Assembly: GCF_036321535.1 (NCBI RefSeq)
Contig: NC_087438.1
Span: 8,868,001 to 8,932,000, forward strand
Reading direction: 5' to 3'
Length of the DNA: 64,000 nt
Source of the DNA: Camelus dromedarius
Taxonomy: Eukaryota
A program made the translations under genes and the position numbers. Under the pieces are notes generated by a model. That model saw only the letters and a program-made list of their open reading frames with translations. It did no database searches and was not told where the DNA came from. Shown here piece after piece: positions 14,060 to 26,134 of the stretch (position 1 is the first letter of the stretch; each line of letters begins with the position of its first letter).

Positions 14060-15300
14060 GTATAATTATAGAATTCAATTATATGACATTTTTTAGAAGG
14101 CAAAATTATTAGAATAGAGGACAGATCTGGTTTTTAGGGAATAGAGGGAGAAGAAACTTTGCAAGTATGAAACTGTTCTGTACTCTAATTGTGATGGTTA
14201 ATGCATACTATGAATTTTAAAAACCTATAAGATAGATACTAGAAAGTAGATTTTACACTATACAAGTTAAAAATAAATAAAAAAGTAAACAGATTATGGA
14301 AGGAGAATATCAGCCAAGAATTGATCTATGGAAAAGCAAAAAAAAAAAAAAAAAAAAAAAAAAAGGGATACATAGGAACTGAAAAATAACCAATTTTTTT
14401 AAATGGAAAGAAGTAGACTGAATATAAAATAATTGAGATACATTACAAAACTCTGAAGATTTGGAATAATATAAAAGATGAACATTTAGGAAGAATAAAC
14501 AAAGCTAAAAAAAAGGAAACAGATAAAAATATCCCAATAAAATGAAATCAAGATTGAAACAAACAGACATCCACATGCATCCACAAACAAATTGACAGTT
14601 AAGATAATACTGTAAACAAGTATATGCAAAACAATTGAATTAGGAAAAAGGAAAAATTTCTAAAATGTTGTAACTAAAAATTACTCAAGTTACCCAGTTT
14701 AAATACTAAACACGATTAGAACACTAAACATTACAAAAATTTGATTGCTACTCAAGCCTCATCACTTTCAAGGCACAAAATCTAGATACTTTACAGATGT
14801 TTAACTTAAACTTTACAAAAAGGTATCATAGCATCAAAAAAAGAAATCTCTTCTAGAAATTAGAAAAGCAGTAATTCTAATTCACTGTCTAAAGCTAGTA
14901 ATGTCAAAATCAAAACCATGCTATTAAAATTCAGTTAAAATAAATATTATGTTAACATCATTTTGCTTATATGTAAAAAATTCTGAACAAAATATGAGCA
15001 AATCAAATAAGGTATTTCTAAAACAAAATATCATGAGTGTTATGGTTTATTTTAGCCTTGCAAGTATGCTTTAATGTTAGGTAATCATAAACTATCAGAC
15101 TAAAGAAGCAAGAACAAGTGATCGTTTCTATTGATCCATAATAAAACTCCATGTCATGAGTAATGTTGGAAAAAAATCTTTACCTTGGAACAGAATGAAA
15201 TTTCATTAAATAGGTAAATGTTATCTCTCAAAATCTAACAGCAAACAATGATGTAACCATTCACAAAAAGTAACCAAATATTGGAAATAAAACAAAAGAA
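14060..15300 (+). mobile_element. Old L1M fragments (3' UTR about 14060-14290, degraded ORF2 about 14400-15300) around a poly(A) run at 14338-14363
   Basis: A-rich strand with decayed L1 motifs ('aaactgttctgtactctaattgtgatgg', 'aaaattctgaacaaaatatgagcaaatcaaat', 'caagtatgctttaatgttagg'). Confidence 0.6.
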
Positions 15301-15772
15301 TAGCTATGAATCCTTTCAATTCCATTGGCTCACCCTAAGATTATGTTATTATCAAGAATACACCTGTGTTTGACAGTCATTCATTTATGAGAGCCTAGGT
15401 ACTGTGAAATTCCATGTTCACTTGTAAGTTACTATCTATAGAAAAGATAGTCCCCCAAATTATAATGTTTTCCCTGTAGGATGTTAACAAGTTTTGTTTC
15501 TACTTGTAAATTCATTTTAGTCTTCCTTCATTATATATATTTACCTAGGATCCCTAGGATCCTGACTTACCATTTGACAGATTTTCTCATTAGCTGATGA
15601 ATAAAAATTTTGACACATTTATTTATATTTGTATGAGTGTTGTGTTTTTAATTTTGAAAATTATGCTTTATCATAACTTAAACAGAAACCTGAGAGACAT
15701 ACACATTAAACTGTGGAATAATGTATGCTCACTGCCATCACTATTTTTTGTTATTCCAGTTTCCTTGTGTTC

Positions 15773-15848
15773 TTTTTTTTTTTTTTAATTTGCTTTTTTA
15801 TTCAAGTATAGTTGGTTTACAATGTTATATTAATATCTGGTGTACAGA
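15773..15848 (-). mobile_element. Very short L1 3'-tail insertion
   Basis: T-run followed by 'ttttttattcaagtatagttggtttacaatgttatattaatatctggtgtacag', the same terminus as the longer L1s at 25075 and 57469. Confidence 0.8.
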
Positions 15849-17733
15849 ATCACTTTTATTATACAAGATTAAGCTGTGAGTTTACATTTTGTTCACTTAC
15901 AAAGCAATATATATATAAGAAAAGAAACAGAAATGAAAATTGGAAAAGAGGGTATGGAAGTCTCTGCTTTGCAGTATACTATCCTCCAAGTACATGAGAA
16001 AAAAATACATTAACTCAATGAATAATTATTATGTCTTCATAACATGCAAGCCACAACCATGAGGTTTCATCCAGAGTATTTCTCTATGAAGAGTGACTTT
16101 AAAAAAATGGAATAGCTTACATGTTTTATGATATGTTTTGAAACAAGTGATGATATAATTTGACAAATTTCATTTAGCTTTTTTAGTAGAAAGGGACCCA
16201 TTATATGTGGATGCTTTTGTCATCCCTTAATTCATGCTACAGGTGTTTATTAAACACTCTGCACCAGGCACTTGCCATCAATGTGGTGGTCAACTCTAGG
16301 TAGCTCATCTAAGAACACTGTCCATCTGATCACCCAGGGAAAGACTGCCAGATGGATTAAGACTTCAAAAACACCTGAAAACTACTGAACATTTCTATGC
16401 GTCCTAAAAACTTGACTTGCAGTGCTTCCTGTCTAAGAAGAATTGGTAAAATCACCAACCCAGGACGTCAGAACTGCATCCTAGAAATCATGTTTGACTC
16501 GTCCACCTCCATCCTCCTTCACCATCATTCACCCTCTCAATGTTTCTCATATTTTTTCACTTTTCTACCATCCTTGCTTCTTCAGCTGTAATCAGGACAA
16601 CTAATTGGGTTCTAATAAAAAGCTGGACACAGAGCCATTGGAAGGTCTTTTAAAAAGTAAATATCTTGTGCTATTACCTTACCACAAAACACAACACAGC
16701 AAAACAGAACAAGCAGAAAAAAACAAAACCAAAACCCCAGAATGTATCAATATGTACAATAATAGTAATAATAAATTAAACCAAGTAGTTTTCTCATTTT
16801 TTTTCTATCTCATACTACTCAAAGTGTGGCCAATGGGCTATTTTTTTTTGCCCTCAAAATATTTATTAATCAGTTAAACTGAATAAGTAAACAGAAATTA
16901 AGAGTAAGAGTTTAGAAGCTGTAAAACAATTTGATATTACCATGACAATTTATTTTATTTTACCAAACTATCCCGCTGGACAGATTAGAAAAAAAAAAAA
17001 AAAGTTTTTAAACAGTATTTCACCAAAAATATTTCAAGAAGCATTTTCTAGCTAATAGAATGACTAAAATTATTAAGTTAGAACATATGAGAAATTGCCA
17101 GTTTAATATGTTTTATAAACTAGCTATTCAGTAAATATTGTGTCTCACATTCTCATATTACATGTAGTAAAATTAACAGCTTTGAGTGTCCCATTTTTGG
17201 AAGTAGGGAAAAACTAGATAACCACTAGGCAAGTAAGAATTCTCAATGTGTATTGAAGACAGGCTTATATAATCTCTAAGTTTCCCTCCTACTCAATCTT
17301 TCTGTGTACAAAAACATCAGGTCTAGGCAATATTTTCATTATTTTTCTTACATTTCTTTTCAAATGATAAAATTTTCTTTTTACATTACTTAGATTCATA
17401 TACATGGCGACTGCATATTTTAGCTTTAGTGATAGAATAAGGGGTTTTGTTTGTTTATTTATTTTTTGTTTTTGTTTTTGCCAGCAAGGGCAAAAATGAT
17501 TTGACATTTCTGTGTTCTCAATATACTGACCCGATTGTTTTCACTTTTCTAACGAGAAAACCTACAGGTAAGATTGTTAGGTTAGCTTGATTTATAATAT
17601 AGATGCCTGTTCCCTGCAACAAGAGGAGACATGGGTCAGGGAACCAATTATTTCACCCTCTCCTCTTCCTAACTGTCAGACAACAGAAATTTCTGACCTC
17701 TAATAAGAAAATATACCTTTAGCTCCAACCCTG

Positions 17734-17795
17734 TTTGCTGTACACCAGAATCTAACACAACATTGTAAATCAGATACACTTCAATAAAAAATAAA
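17734..17795 (+). mobile_element. Very short L1 3'-tail insertion
   Basis: 'tttgctgtacaccagaatctaacacaacattgtaaatcagatacacttcaataaaaaataaa'. Confidence 0.8.
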
Positions 17796-18399
17796 CTCCA
17801 TTCCCTTAAGAAATTAACATTTTTGTAACAATAATAAAAATAAAATATTTTAAACGCAAAAATCTTTAAATATAAAAAAAGAAAATATACATTTAACCAG
17901 TGTTTTTTTAGGGAATAATTTATAATAGGTTTCATCTTTGGTTTATTGTTTTCCAGAGGCTTCTATTTTCTCATTACTTTTTTATAATTTTATTCGAAGT
18001 TACTATTGTTGCTTTAAGCCTGAATGTATTTGTTTTTCCTCACTGTTTTGAAAATGGGTCCAGCTACTGCCCCTGTAACAGAAACAAGAATGAAATAGAT
18101 AATCAGTGTAGTGTTTTTTATTGCCCCAGTGGGATTTCTTTCCTGATTAAAAATTAAAGGTGGCAATAAGATTTTTAAATTTCCTTTTAAGTGAAAATAT
18201 TTCTCTATACTGGAAATCTGTCATAATGAGCAGATATGGCCATTAACTATTATTATAAATGAACTACTTTATAGTAATTGAAACAGCAATGAGGTGTAGA
18301 GGGCTAAGCTCATGTCACTTGTTCTGAGGGGAGTCATGTTTTACCTGTTAGGCAAAGTTTTTTGATATGGACTTATACTGATATCTGTGCATATCTGTG

Positions 18400-18680
18400 A
18401 ATTAATCAAGAAAAGTTTATGGGCATCCATTATGTGCACTGAACTGTGGGAGGCACACACACGGGAGGAAATAAATTATGAAAGTTATCACCTAACACTT
18501 CATTTGTAAAACAAAAAATACTGGTATTCACATGAAAATGGATTTTGCTGGGAGTCTGCTAGCGCTGTGCACAGAAAATGCACGTTTCAGAGTTCATAGA
18601 AGAGAGAGATCAAGGTGAGGATGGTTAGAGAAGCTTTTGTGGATGACAAGACTTTGAAGAAAGAATACAATTTACAAAGT
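18400..18680 (-). mobile_element. L2 3' fragment
   Basis: 'tttatgggcatccattatgtgcactgaactgtgggagg' and 'ggttagagaagcttttgtggatgac...ctttgaagaaaga'. Confidence 0.55.
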
Positions 18681-20572
18681 AAAGGATTTTTAGTTAAATA
18701 AAACTTTCGAAATAACTATCAAAAAAGGAACGCTTCACTTATAATGGACAACGGTGGTAGCCTTGGTGATGTGTATACACATTAGAGATGCTTGAAGACC
18801 CTATTTTTCATTCAAATACCCACATTACCTCCATAGACTCACTCTACTCTTTAAATAGAGCAAGATTTGTACAAAATAAAATATGACAAACAAGGATCAA
18901 ATTCAGCCTTGCAAATGACCAATTTGACTTCACATTTGATTGGTAAAACTGGTCCGGAGAATAAAAGCCACCATAATGTTCTGAATGTTTACCTAAAGCT
19001 TTCAGCGGAAGCTTATTTATTCCTCATCAGGGAATAAGGTTTGATACTGTTACTTCTGTTACGGTTTGATATTGTTACTTATAATATGCTCTTTCCTTCT
19101 TTTTGCGTATTTTATACATTTGGGAAGGTGATTAGTTTTGTTGCATGTTTGAACACCTTGAACATCCGGCACTGAAAGTAACTTTTTAATCTTTTTTGCA
19201 AAATGCTGAATATTTTGTTTGGACACAGTATGTTAGAATAGTGACAGGGTCAGTAGGCGTGGCATTGTGGGATGGAGGGGGACTGTTAAAGAAAAGGCTG
19301 ACAGGAATATCTTTGAAAAAATCCACAGAAATTTTCTCCCGTGTATCCCTGACACAGAGAATCTCAGCTTCCCTGAGAAATAATGGTTCGTGGAAAACAG
19401 ATTGTAGAAAACCCATTAATAAATATCTTTCATTAGATCTTAGGCCACTGGTTAGAAGTTTATTTGTCATCAAGAATAATGACATATAATTTTCCTCTCC
19501 GGAGAGGAAAAACTACTCAATCATTCAGTAGGTACTATTACATTTTGGTGAATAGGTGTGGCAAAACCTCTTGTCATTTCAAGTCAGTAAAAGTACTTCT
19601 CTTAAAAATCCTGCTCACAATCTCTAGATGAATATACAACATCCACTTACATTCATAAAAGTCAGTATGTTCCTAGATCGCTTATAATTTTATGTTACAG
19701 TTTTAAAATACGAACATCTAAAAACATTTATTTGGATTCTTCTCAAAAATAAAGCCAGATAACAAAATGATGAGTTTCCTAATATGTGGAACATATTAAG
19801 ATGTGCATACACATAACATGAGAAGTAGCACTTCATCTAAAAAAAGGCTTTCATAATTTTGATTTTATGAGTCAAGTCCAATGAACTAGCCAAATTTTTT
19901 GAAGACTGGGATGGACACTTCCACTAAAAAAGAGCCATTATTTGCTGTAAAATCACAAATTGTATTTCAATTTCCTAATGTAAAAGTCATCTTATTTTGC
20001 AGAGGCTTAGCTATTTTATGGATTTTTTTCTAACTAAATTTCTATAATGTAAAGCCCTACAGCCCACGTCTAAATCTTACAGCTAGATGTAGTGTTCTTT
20101 AGACCTAATACTTTCGTATACGTTGTATCATACTTACTTTAATTATTAAAGAATTCAGCAATGCAATTTTTGCCTTCGGTTCTATTTATGAGTTGCCCTG
20201 CATGAGATATGTTGGAAATATAGCACATGCGACTTAATTATGTATCATCTGTTGAATATTACATGCTTGCAATGACAATGCCAACATTTCAAACAGCTTT
20301 ACAGCACATTTCTACAAAACTGAAGTCTATGTTCCCAGTTTGCAAACTCCGATAGACAAGCCAGGAATCAAAGAATGAGCACCACGCAGGTTGTGGTTCT
20401 AGGCTGTAGATATTCCAATCATCAGGCTAATAAAGGTAAATTATTGCATGGAGAAGCCAACCCTCTTCATTTGTTTTGGAAGTCATTACGTGGGCTTTCG
20501 GCAGCAGATTTAACCTACCACGTAAGTTTTTGTAATGTATTTTTACATTTCCTTCCTATTCATTCACTTGAG

Positions 20573-20670
20573 GAAATCAAGAAAGTCTCTCAGTACAGAT
20601 CTGAGAGGCTGAAAGAATCCGAACTTGGATTCAGAGTTTGCTACATTTAATGGGAAGGGAGAAAACCGTA
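20573..20670 (+). other. Candidate non-coding exon
   Basis: Pyrimidine tract ending 'cacttgag|' and a strong donor 'TAG|gtgagt'. All three frames are closed. Confidence 0.15.
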
Positions 20671-21219
20671 GGTGAGTAATTAGAAAGTGAGAATTTACCT
20701 TCTGTAGACGATCATGCATGATTTGCCAGCCATTCATCTGCTAGTTTTGTAAAAGAATCAGTCAAGGATACTTTTAAAATTCTCATCCACTCCTTGGCCT
20801 TATATCCTTCTTGAATTTTTTTCCCTGAAAATAATTCAAGACTTTTAATATTTAATATTAAGTTTTGAAAATGGTCGCATTGGAATTCTGGTCACTTGTG
20901 GGCAAGGTGTTAGAGTGAACCTTTCATTTCTCCAAAGAGCACGTGATGCAACTTCTGCTGTTAGAAATTTAGCTCCTCCGAAAGCTATCATTTTGTGTTG
21001 TGCCAATATTTTAGAAATATAACATTTTAAAAGTAGTCCTCCTTACAGCCAGGCAAATACAGTGCCAAGAGCATTGATTTATCAGGGGCATGACTCCAAT
21101 TTAATGAACAGAATAGTGATTCTCACTTTTTTAAGAACCATAGTAATAATCTTTTTAATGTTTATAGCTTTAATCTTACTTTGCAGTATTTTAAAGTCAT
21201 TTTGCCTTTTGATAAAGTT

Positions 21220-21445
21220 AGAGGAAAGTAAACAAGAGCCTGACAACCTTGGCTCAACTCTAGTCCCCACCACTTACTAACTTTATAGCCTCTGGGAAGC
21301 CATTTGGTTTCCCAAAGAGAATGTTGAGCTGTTTATCAAACGAGATCAAAATAAACTTTGTCTCTCGTGACTGTAAACTGGATCACAATACAGGATAATG
21401 CACATAAAATTCTGTTCAAACTTGTATTGTGAAAGCTATATTATA
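21220..21445 (+). mobile_element. MIR remnant
   Basis: 'gagcctgacaaccttggctcaactctagtccccaccacttactaactttatagcctctgggaagccatt'. Confidence 0.55.
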
Positions 21446-21620
21446 AAATTTAAGATAATTCCAGTGAATACATAGGAAGTTCACAGGACACATGACAAAA
21501 GAATTATAACCAAATCTATAGTTCCTGCTCTAATGTGTCTGTTAGAATTGATCAATGAAAAAATATAATCTCTATAATCTTCTAGTTGCTTTAGTGGAAT
21601 AAACATGAAATAAACACACT

Positions 21621-21652
21621 TGTGCGTGCGCGCGCACACACACACACGCACA
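21621..21652. repeat. Alternating purine-pyrimidine (TG/CG/CA) microsatellite
   Basis: tgtgcgtgcgcgcgcacacacacacacgcaca. Confidence 0.9.
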
Positions 21653-21899
21653 CTGTATTATCACTGCCATGAAGCAGTTTACATTCCAGTTACAGGTGAA
21701 AGATGAGCACTCACTTGGGGTCTGTACAGAATCCTATATATTGAAACGTTAATTGGAGTAACATATCCAGACACCATGCAGGATGAGATTTCAAGGTAAA
21801 GGCAATCTCTGTGGGCAGTAGAGTGTCTCGGGCCACGTTAGAGAAATGTTCAAGCACCCAATGCAGTGGTTTAGGTTTGCAAATCAGTGAGGGTCTCTA

Positions 21900-22730
21900 T
21901 ATACTTACCCCTGGCCCCATACCTCACCAGTTTCCTCCCTGCTCTCTGATTTCCTGGCTCTCTTCTCCCAAGATTACTCTTGCCTGAAGCATCTTCCCTC
22001 TGCCTGAAATATTCTTTCTCAAGGAGCCACCATGACTTGCTTCCTCCCTTTAGTCAGGTCTCTGTTCATATGTTCCTTGCGCACAGCGCCTCCCGGGGCT
22101 TCCCTGGATGAAACAGCTGCTCTGTCCTGAGCCAGCCCACTCTCTGCCCTTCCCCGACGCCGCTGTTGCCATAGTACCGATCACTCACTGACTATATGCC
22201 GTGCGGTTTTGCAAGCATTTGAGAGGTGAGCGCTATGATCTGCCAATCCAGGTACTGAGAAAAAGAGACGTCAACTGAATGTCTGATGGTGGCACATTTG
22301 ACAGTGCCGCCAGGATTTGAGCTCTTTTAGACAAATATTCCAGAGTTTGATAATTATCCAGCTTTTCTAACTGAGATCAATGAGCACATAGTCCCGACTT
22401 GACCCACTTTCGCCCACAAGCAGACATTTCTAATCGCAGGTTATGTTTAAGTGAGAAAAATCACTTCTGACTAATATTTGGAATTCTTTAAGACTCACGT
22501 TTGGGATGAACAGCTCAAGTGTTTATCTCACGTTTCATTATTTTTTGTTCCTCCTTATAACGACTTGCTCAAACCTGTCATGCAGTATAGTAAGTGGAAA
22601 ACTGCTGTGGTTTAAAGAATGGACCCTGGAACCAGAAGCCCGGGTGTCAAGCCCAGATGCTCCTCCCGGGGTGGCACCTGGGGAAATTCACTTACTCTTG
22701 GGGCCTGCATTTCGTCAGGCTGGCTTTGCA
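21900..22730. mobile_element. Cluster of one L2 fragment (about 21900-22200, +) and MIR fragments (about 22215-22330 -, about 22590-22715 +)
   Basis: L2: 'ttccctctgcctgaaatattctttc...tcaggtctctgttcatatg'. MIR: 'gtggtttaaagaatggaccctggaaccagaagcccgggtgtcaagccc...ggcctgcatttc'. Confidence 0.6.
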
Positions 22731-22794
22731 CAAACACAATATACGTATTAGTGCAACAAGGTTGTATTGCTTTGTACTGTATGTATTTGAGATA

Positions 22795-23120
22795 TTTTAA
22801 AATTGCTTTTGTTTTAGAATAGATTTACATTGAAGTGGCAAAGGGACTTAAGAGATTTTCTGCATACCCATCATTCAGCTTCCCTTGGTGTTAACATGCC
22901 GTATCACTGTGGTCCTTAGAAAGTAGATTAGTGGTTGCGAGGGGCCAGGGGATATCTGAGGGCATAAGGGGTTGAAAACTAAAACATACAAGGATTCTTT
23001 TAAAGGTGAGGAAAATACTCTAATATTGACTATGGCGATGTTTGTGCACATCTGTGAATAAATTTTAAAAATTGTATATTTAAATAGGTAAATTGTACAT
23101 AAATAACACTTTAAAAACTA
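22795..23120. mobile_element. Two abutting old L1 3' UTR fragments in opposite orientation (about 22795-22913 -, about 22917-23120 +)
   Basis: 'gattttctgcatacccatcattcagcttccc' followed by 'agaaagtagattagtggttgcgagggg...ggattcttttaaaggtgaggaaaatactc'. Confidence 0.65.
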
Positions 23121-23388
23121 GGAATTTCCTCCAAAAATTACTTTAAATATTGAAACGTATGATTAGACCAGGTTAATCATATCTTGGAATGGATAGAGAA
23201 CCACAGGGCTGTTGCACCACAGAGAAACTGAACTTGCTGACATAAAGTGAGAAGAGAAAATGTCTAGAAAATATGGTACGTGTAGATGCCCGTGGTTTAG
23301 GAGAGTGCTTATGTCACATTCCCTGATAGTATGACTTAGGATCACAACATGAACAAAAGAGAAAGTAGGAGGGTGGACTTTCTGAATC

Positions 23389-23441
23389 CCAATGACCAGG
23401 CAGGTGACGTCAGCTGTCTGCCTGCCACAGGCTGGGTGGGG
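23389..23441. promoter_or_regulatory. Candidate CRE-centred motif cluster
   Basis: CCAAT (23389), then CAGGTG, TGACGTCA and CAGCTG overlapping within 23401-23416, then GGGTGGGG (23434). Confidence 0.3.
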
Positions 23442-23984
23442 TTCAAGGAAGAACCTTTGTCTTCAGGCAGAAGAAACTAGGAAAAGAAGGGGGGATTTTT
23501 TTTTTTTTTTAAAGAAAAGCTTTAGTTTTATCAGTATATTAGAATGAGAAATGAAAAGTTGGTCCTAAAGCTAAAATCGAGTGATATGCACAGGATCGTC
23601 AGGCTAGCAAAGCCCCAACATTTACGGTGCACTTACTTTGTTTAGACATGGGCTCACGGAAGAGAAGAGAAAGGTCAAGCGTGGCTATTTTGGGTTCCAG
23701 AAAATTTCCATCACAGATCAGTATTGAAAAAGGAAGGAAGTCAGGAATTAACAATGTGAGATTCTCTTGTTATATTTGATGTAAACTAGTCAGTTTACTA
23801 GAGATTAGGGGAAGTGTCATAAGGGGATAAAGGGACCCATCAGGGTGGCTTGCTTATAACCCACTTGAAATATATGGAATGCATTTTTTAAAGAAATCAC
23901 TTTTAATCATACAAAAAAAAAATCATTTATTTCTGGTTATGATCCCTTTTGGGTTCTTGGTTCTCTTTAGGACCAAATTCCAAG

Positions 23985-24823
23985 ATGTGTATTTGTATGT
24001 GTGTGGGTGGGGGGTGCTTTTCTACACCATCAATAAGCAATTCTGGGACAGCAGCTGGATGTCCTATAAGTCAACTCAATTCTGACACTCTACCCAAAGA
24101 TAGCCTCAGATTCACATTAAGGGTCCAGTCCCACAGGACTGTCCGGAGCTCCACACCACTTCAAGTGTCAGTTGCAAACATAGGTTGTTACCTGTACTTC
24201 TGACCAACTGGCTATAAATCAGAGAATCCCTTAACCTCCTCCTTAAATTCGATTAATTTGATAGAGCAGCTCACAAAACTCAGAAAAACATTTTCCTTAA
24301 TGGATTCCTGGTATATTATAAGAGGATATGATAAAGGATACAGATAAACATCCAAATGGAAGACATGCATAGGGGAAGGTTTGAGGAAAAGATGCAGAGC
24401 TTCCATGCTTCTTGGAGGGCACCACTGTCCCCCAAAACCTCCACCTGTTCACCAATCTGAAAGCTCTCGAAACTCAGCCCTTGTGGGTTTTTACAGAGGC
24501 TTCATTACAAAGATGCAGCTAATTAGATCCCCTGGCAACTGATTCAACCTCGAGTCCTTCTCCCATCCCTGCAGTTCAGGGTGTGGTACTGAAAGTTCCA
24601 GCCCTCTAATCACATGGTTGGTTCTCCTGGCAACAAGTTCCCATCCTCAGGTGTGGTCCAAAAGTCATCTCATTAAGACACTCTTATGGCTCTAATCACC
24701 TAGGAAATTCCACGAGTTTTAGAAGCTCTGTGCCAGAAACAGGGATAAAAATCAAACATGTGTTTCTAAATACTATTTGATAAAAATCAAACATATATTT
24801 CTTATTATAAGTTACAGTATCAC
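23985..24823 (-). mobile_element. MER21(C)-like ERVL LTR, near full length
   Basis: 'cagctggatgtcctataagtcaactcaattctgacact', 'ttctgaccaactggctataaatcagag', 'ctgaaagttccagccctctaatcacatggttgg' and the terminus 'tttcttattataagttacagtatcac'. Confidence 0.85.
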
Positions 24824-25074
24824 CTGATCTCACCCCCAAAGTGACATTTCTTAATCAGTTACTGATAGCCATGTCATATTTATACTCTTAAAATTCTATT
24901 GACGATGGCGAGTTAGCATCAAAAATATAAAAATGGTTAAATAATTCTGAAAACTAAATTTTTGAGTCACGTGTTTGTTGGGAGGAAGGTTCTTGATGCA
25001 TCTTCTAGTGGAAAATAGAAACATTAGTGGTTGAATAAAATTTGGCGTAGAATTAAAAGAGCTGTTTCAATACA

Positions 25075-26134
25075 TTTTATTTATTTTTTATTGAGGTATA
25101 GTTGATTTACAATATTAGTTTTAGGTGTACAACATGGTGATTCAAAATTTTATAGATTATATTCCATTTATAGTTATTATAAAATATCGGACATACCCCC
25201 TGTGTTGTACAGTATATCCTTGTAGCTTATTTATTTTACACGTAGATGTTTGTACCTCTCTCTCTACCCCTACCCCTACCTTGCCCCTTCCACCTTCTTT
25301 CCCCCCACTGGTAACCACTGCTTTGTTCTTTATATTGGTGAGTCTGTTTCTTTTTTGTTATATTCACTAGTTTATTTTTTAGATTTCACATATTAGGGTA
25401 ACCCATATAGTATATGTCTTTCTCTGATTTATTTCATTAAGTTTAATACCCTTTAGGGAACTGATGTTGCGAATATCAAAATTTCATTCTTTTTTTTTTA
25501 CCGCTGAATAATATTTCATTGTATTTATATATCATATCCTTCTTATCCATCCCTCTGTTGATGGACACTTAGATTGCTTCTATATCTTGGCTATTGTAAA
25601 TAATGCTGCTGTGAACATTGAGGTGCATGTATCTTTTCAAATTAGTGGGGTTTTTTTTTTGCTTTTTCATATATGTATATATACACAGGAGTGGAATTGC
25701 TGGTAGTTCTATTTTTAGTCTTTTCAGGGACCTCCATACAGCTTTTCATAGTGGCTGCACCAATTTACATTCCTGCCAACAGTGTACAAGTGTTCCCTTT
25801 TCTCCACATCCTCGCCAACATTTGTTATTTGTGTTATTTTTGATGATGGCCATTCTGACATGTGTGAAGTGATACCTCATTGTTCTTTTGATTTATAATT
25901 CTCTGATGATTAGTGATGTTACGCATCCTTTCATGTGCCTGCTGGCCATCTGTATGTCTTCTTTGCAGGAATGTCTATTCAGGTCTTCTGCTCATTTTTC
26001 AATCCGGTTGTTTGGTTTGTTTTTTTTTCTTTTTTTGGTAGTGAGTAGTATGAACTGTTTATATATTTTCAATATTAATACCTTAACTGATAGGTCATAT
26101 CATTTGCAAACATTTTCTCTCACTCAGTAGGTTG
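25075..26134 (-). mobile_element. 5'-truncated LINE-1 (3' UTR plus end of ORF2), laurasiatherian type
   Basis: 'tttttattgaggtatagttgatttacaatattag...catagtggctgcaccaatttacattcctgccaacagtgtacaagtgttcccttttctccacatcctcgccaaca'. Confidence 0.95.

Noticed and set aside
19186..19489. Overlapping ORFs of about 98 aa on both strands
   Set aside because: No splice boundaries or recognisable homology; compatible with chance.
22081..22440. CpG-containing stretch as a CpG-island promoter
   Set aside because: It is short and largely explained by L2 and MIR remnants.
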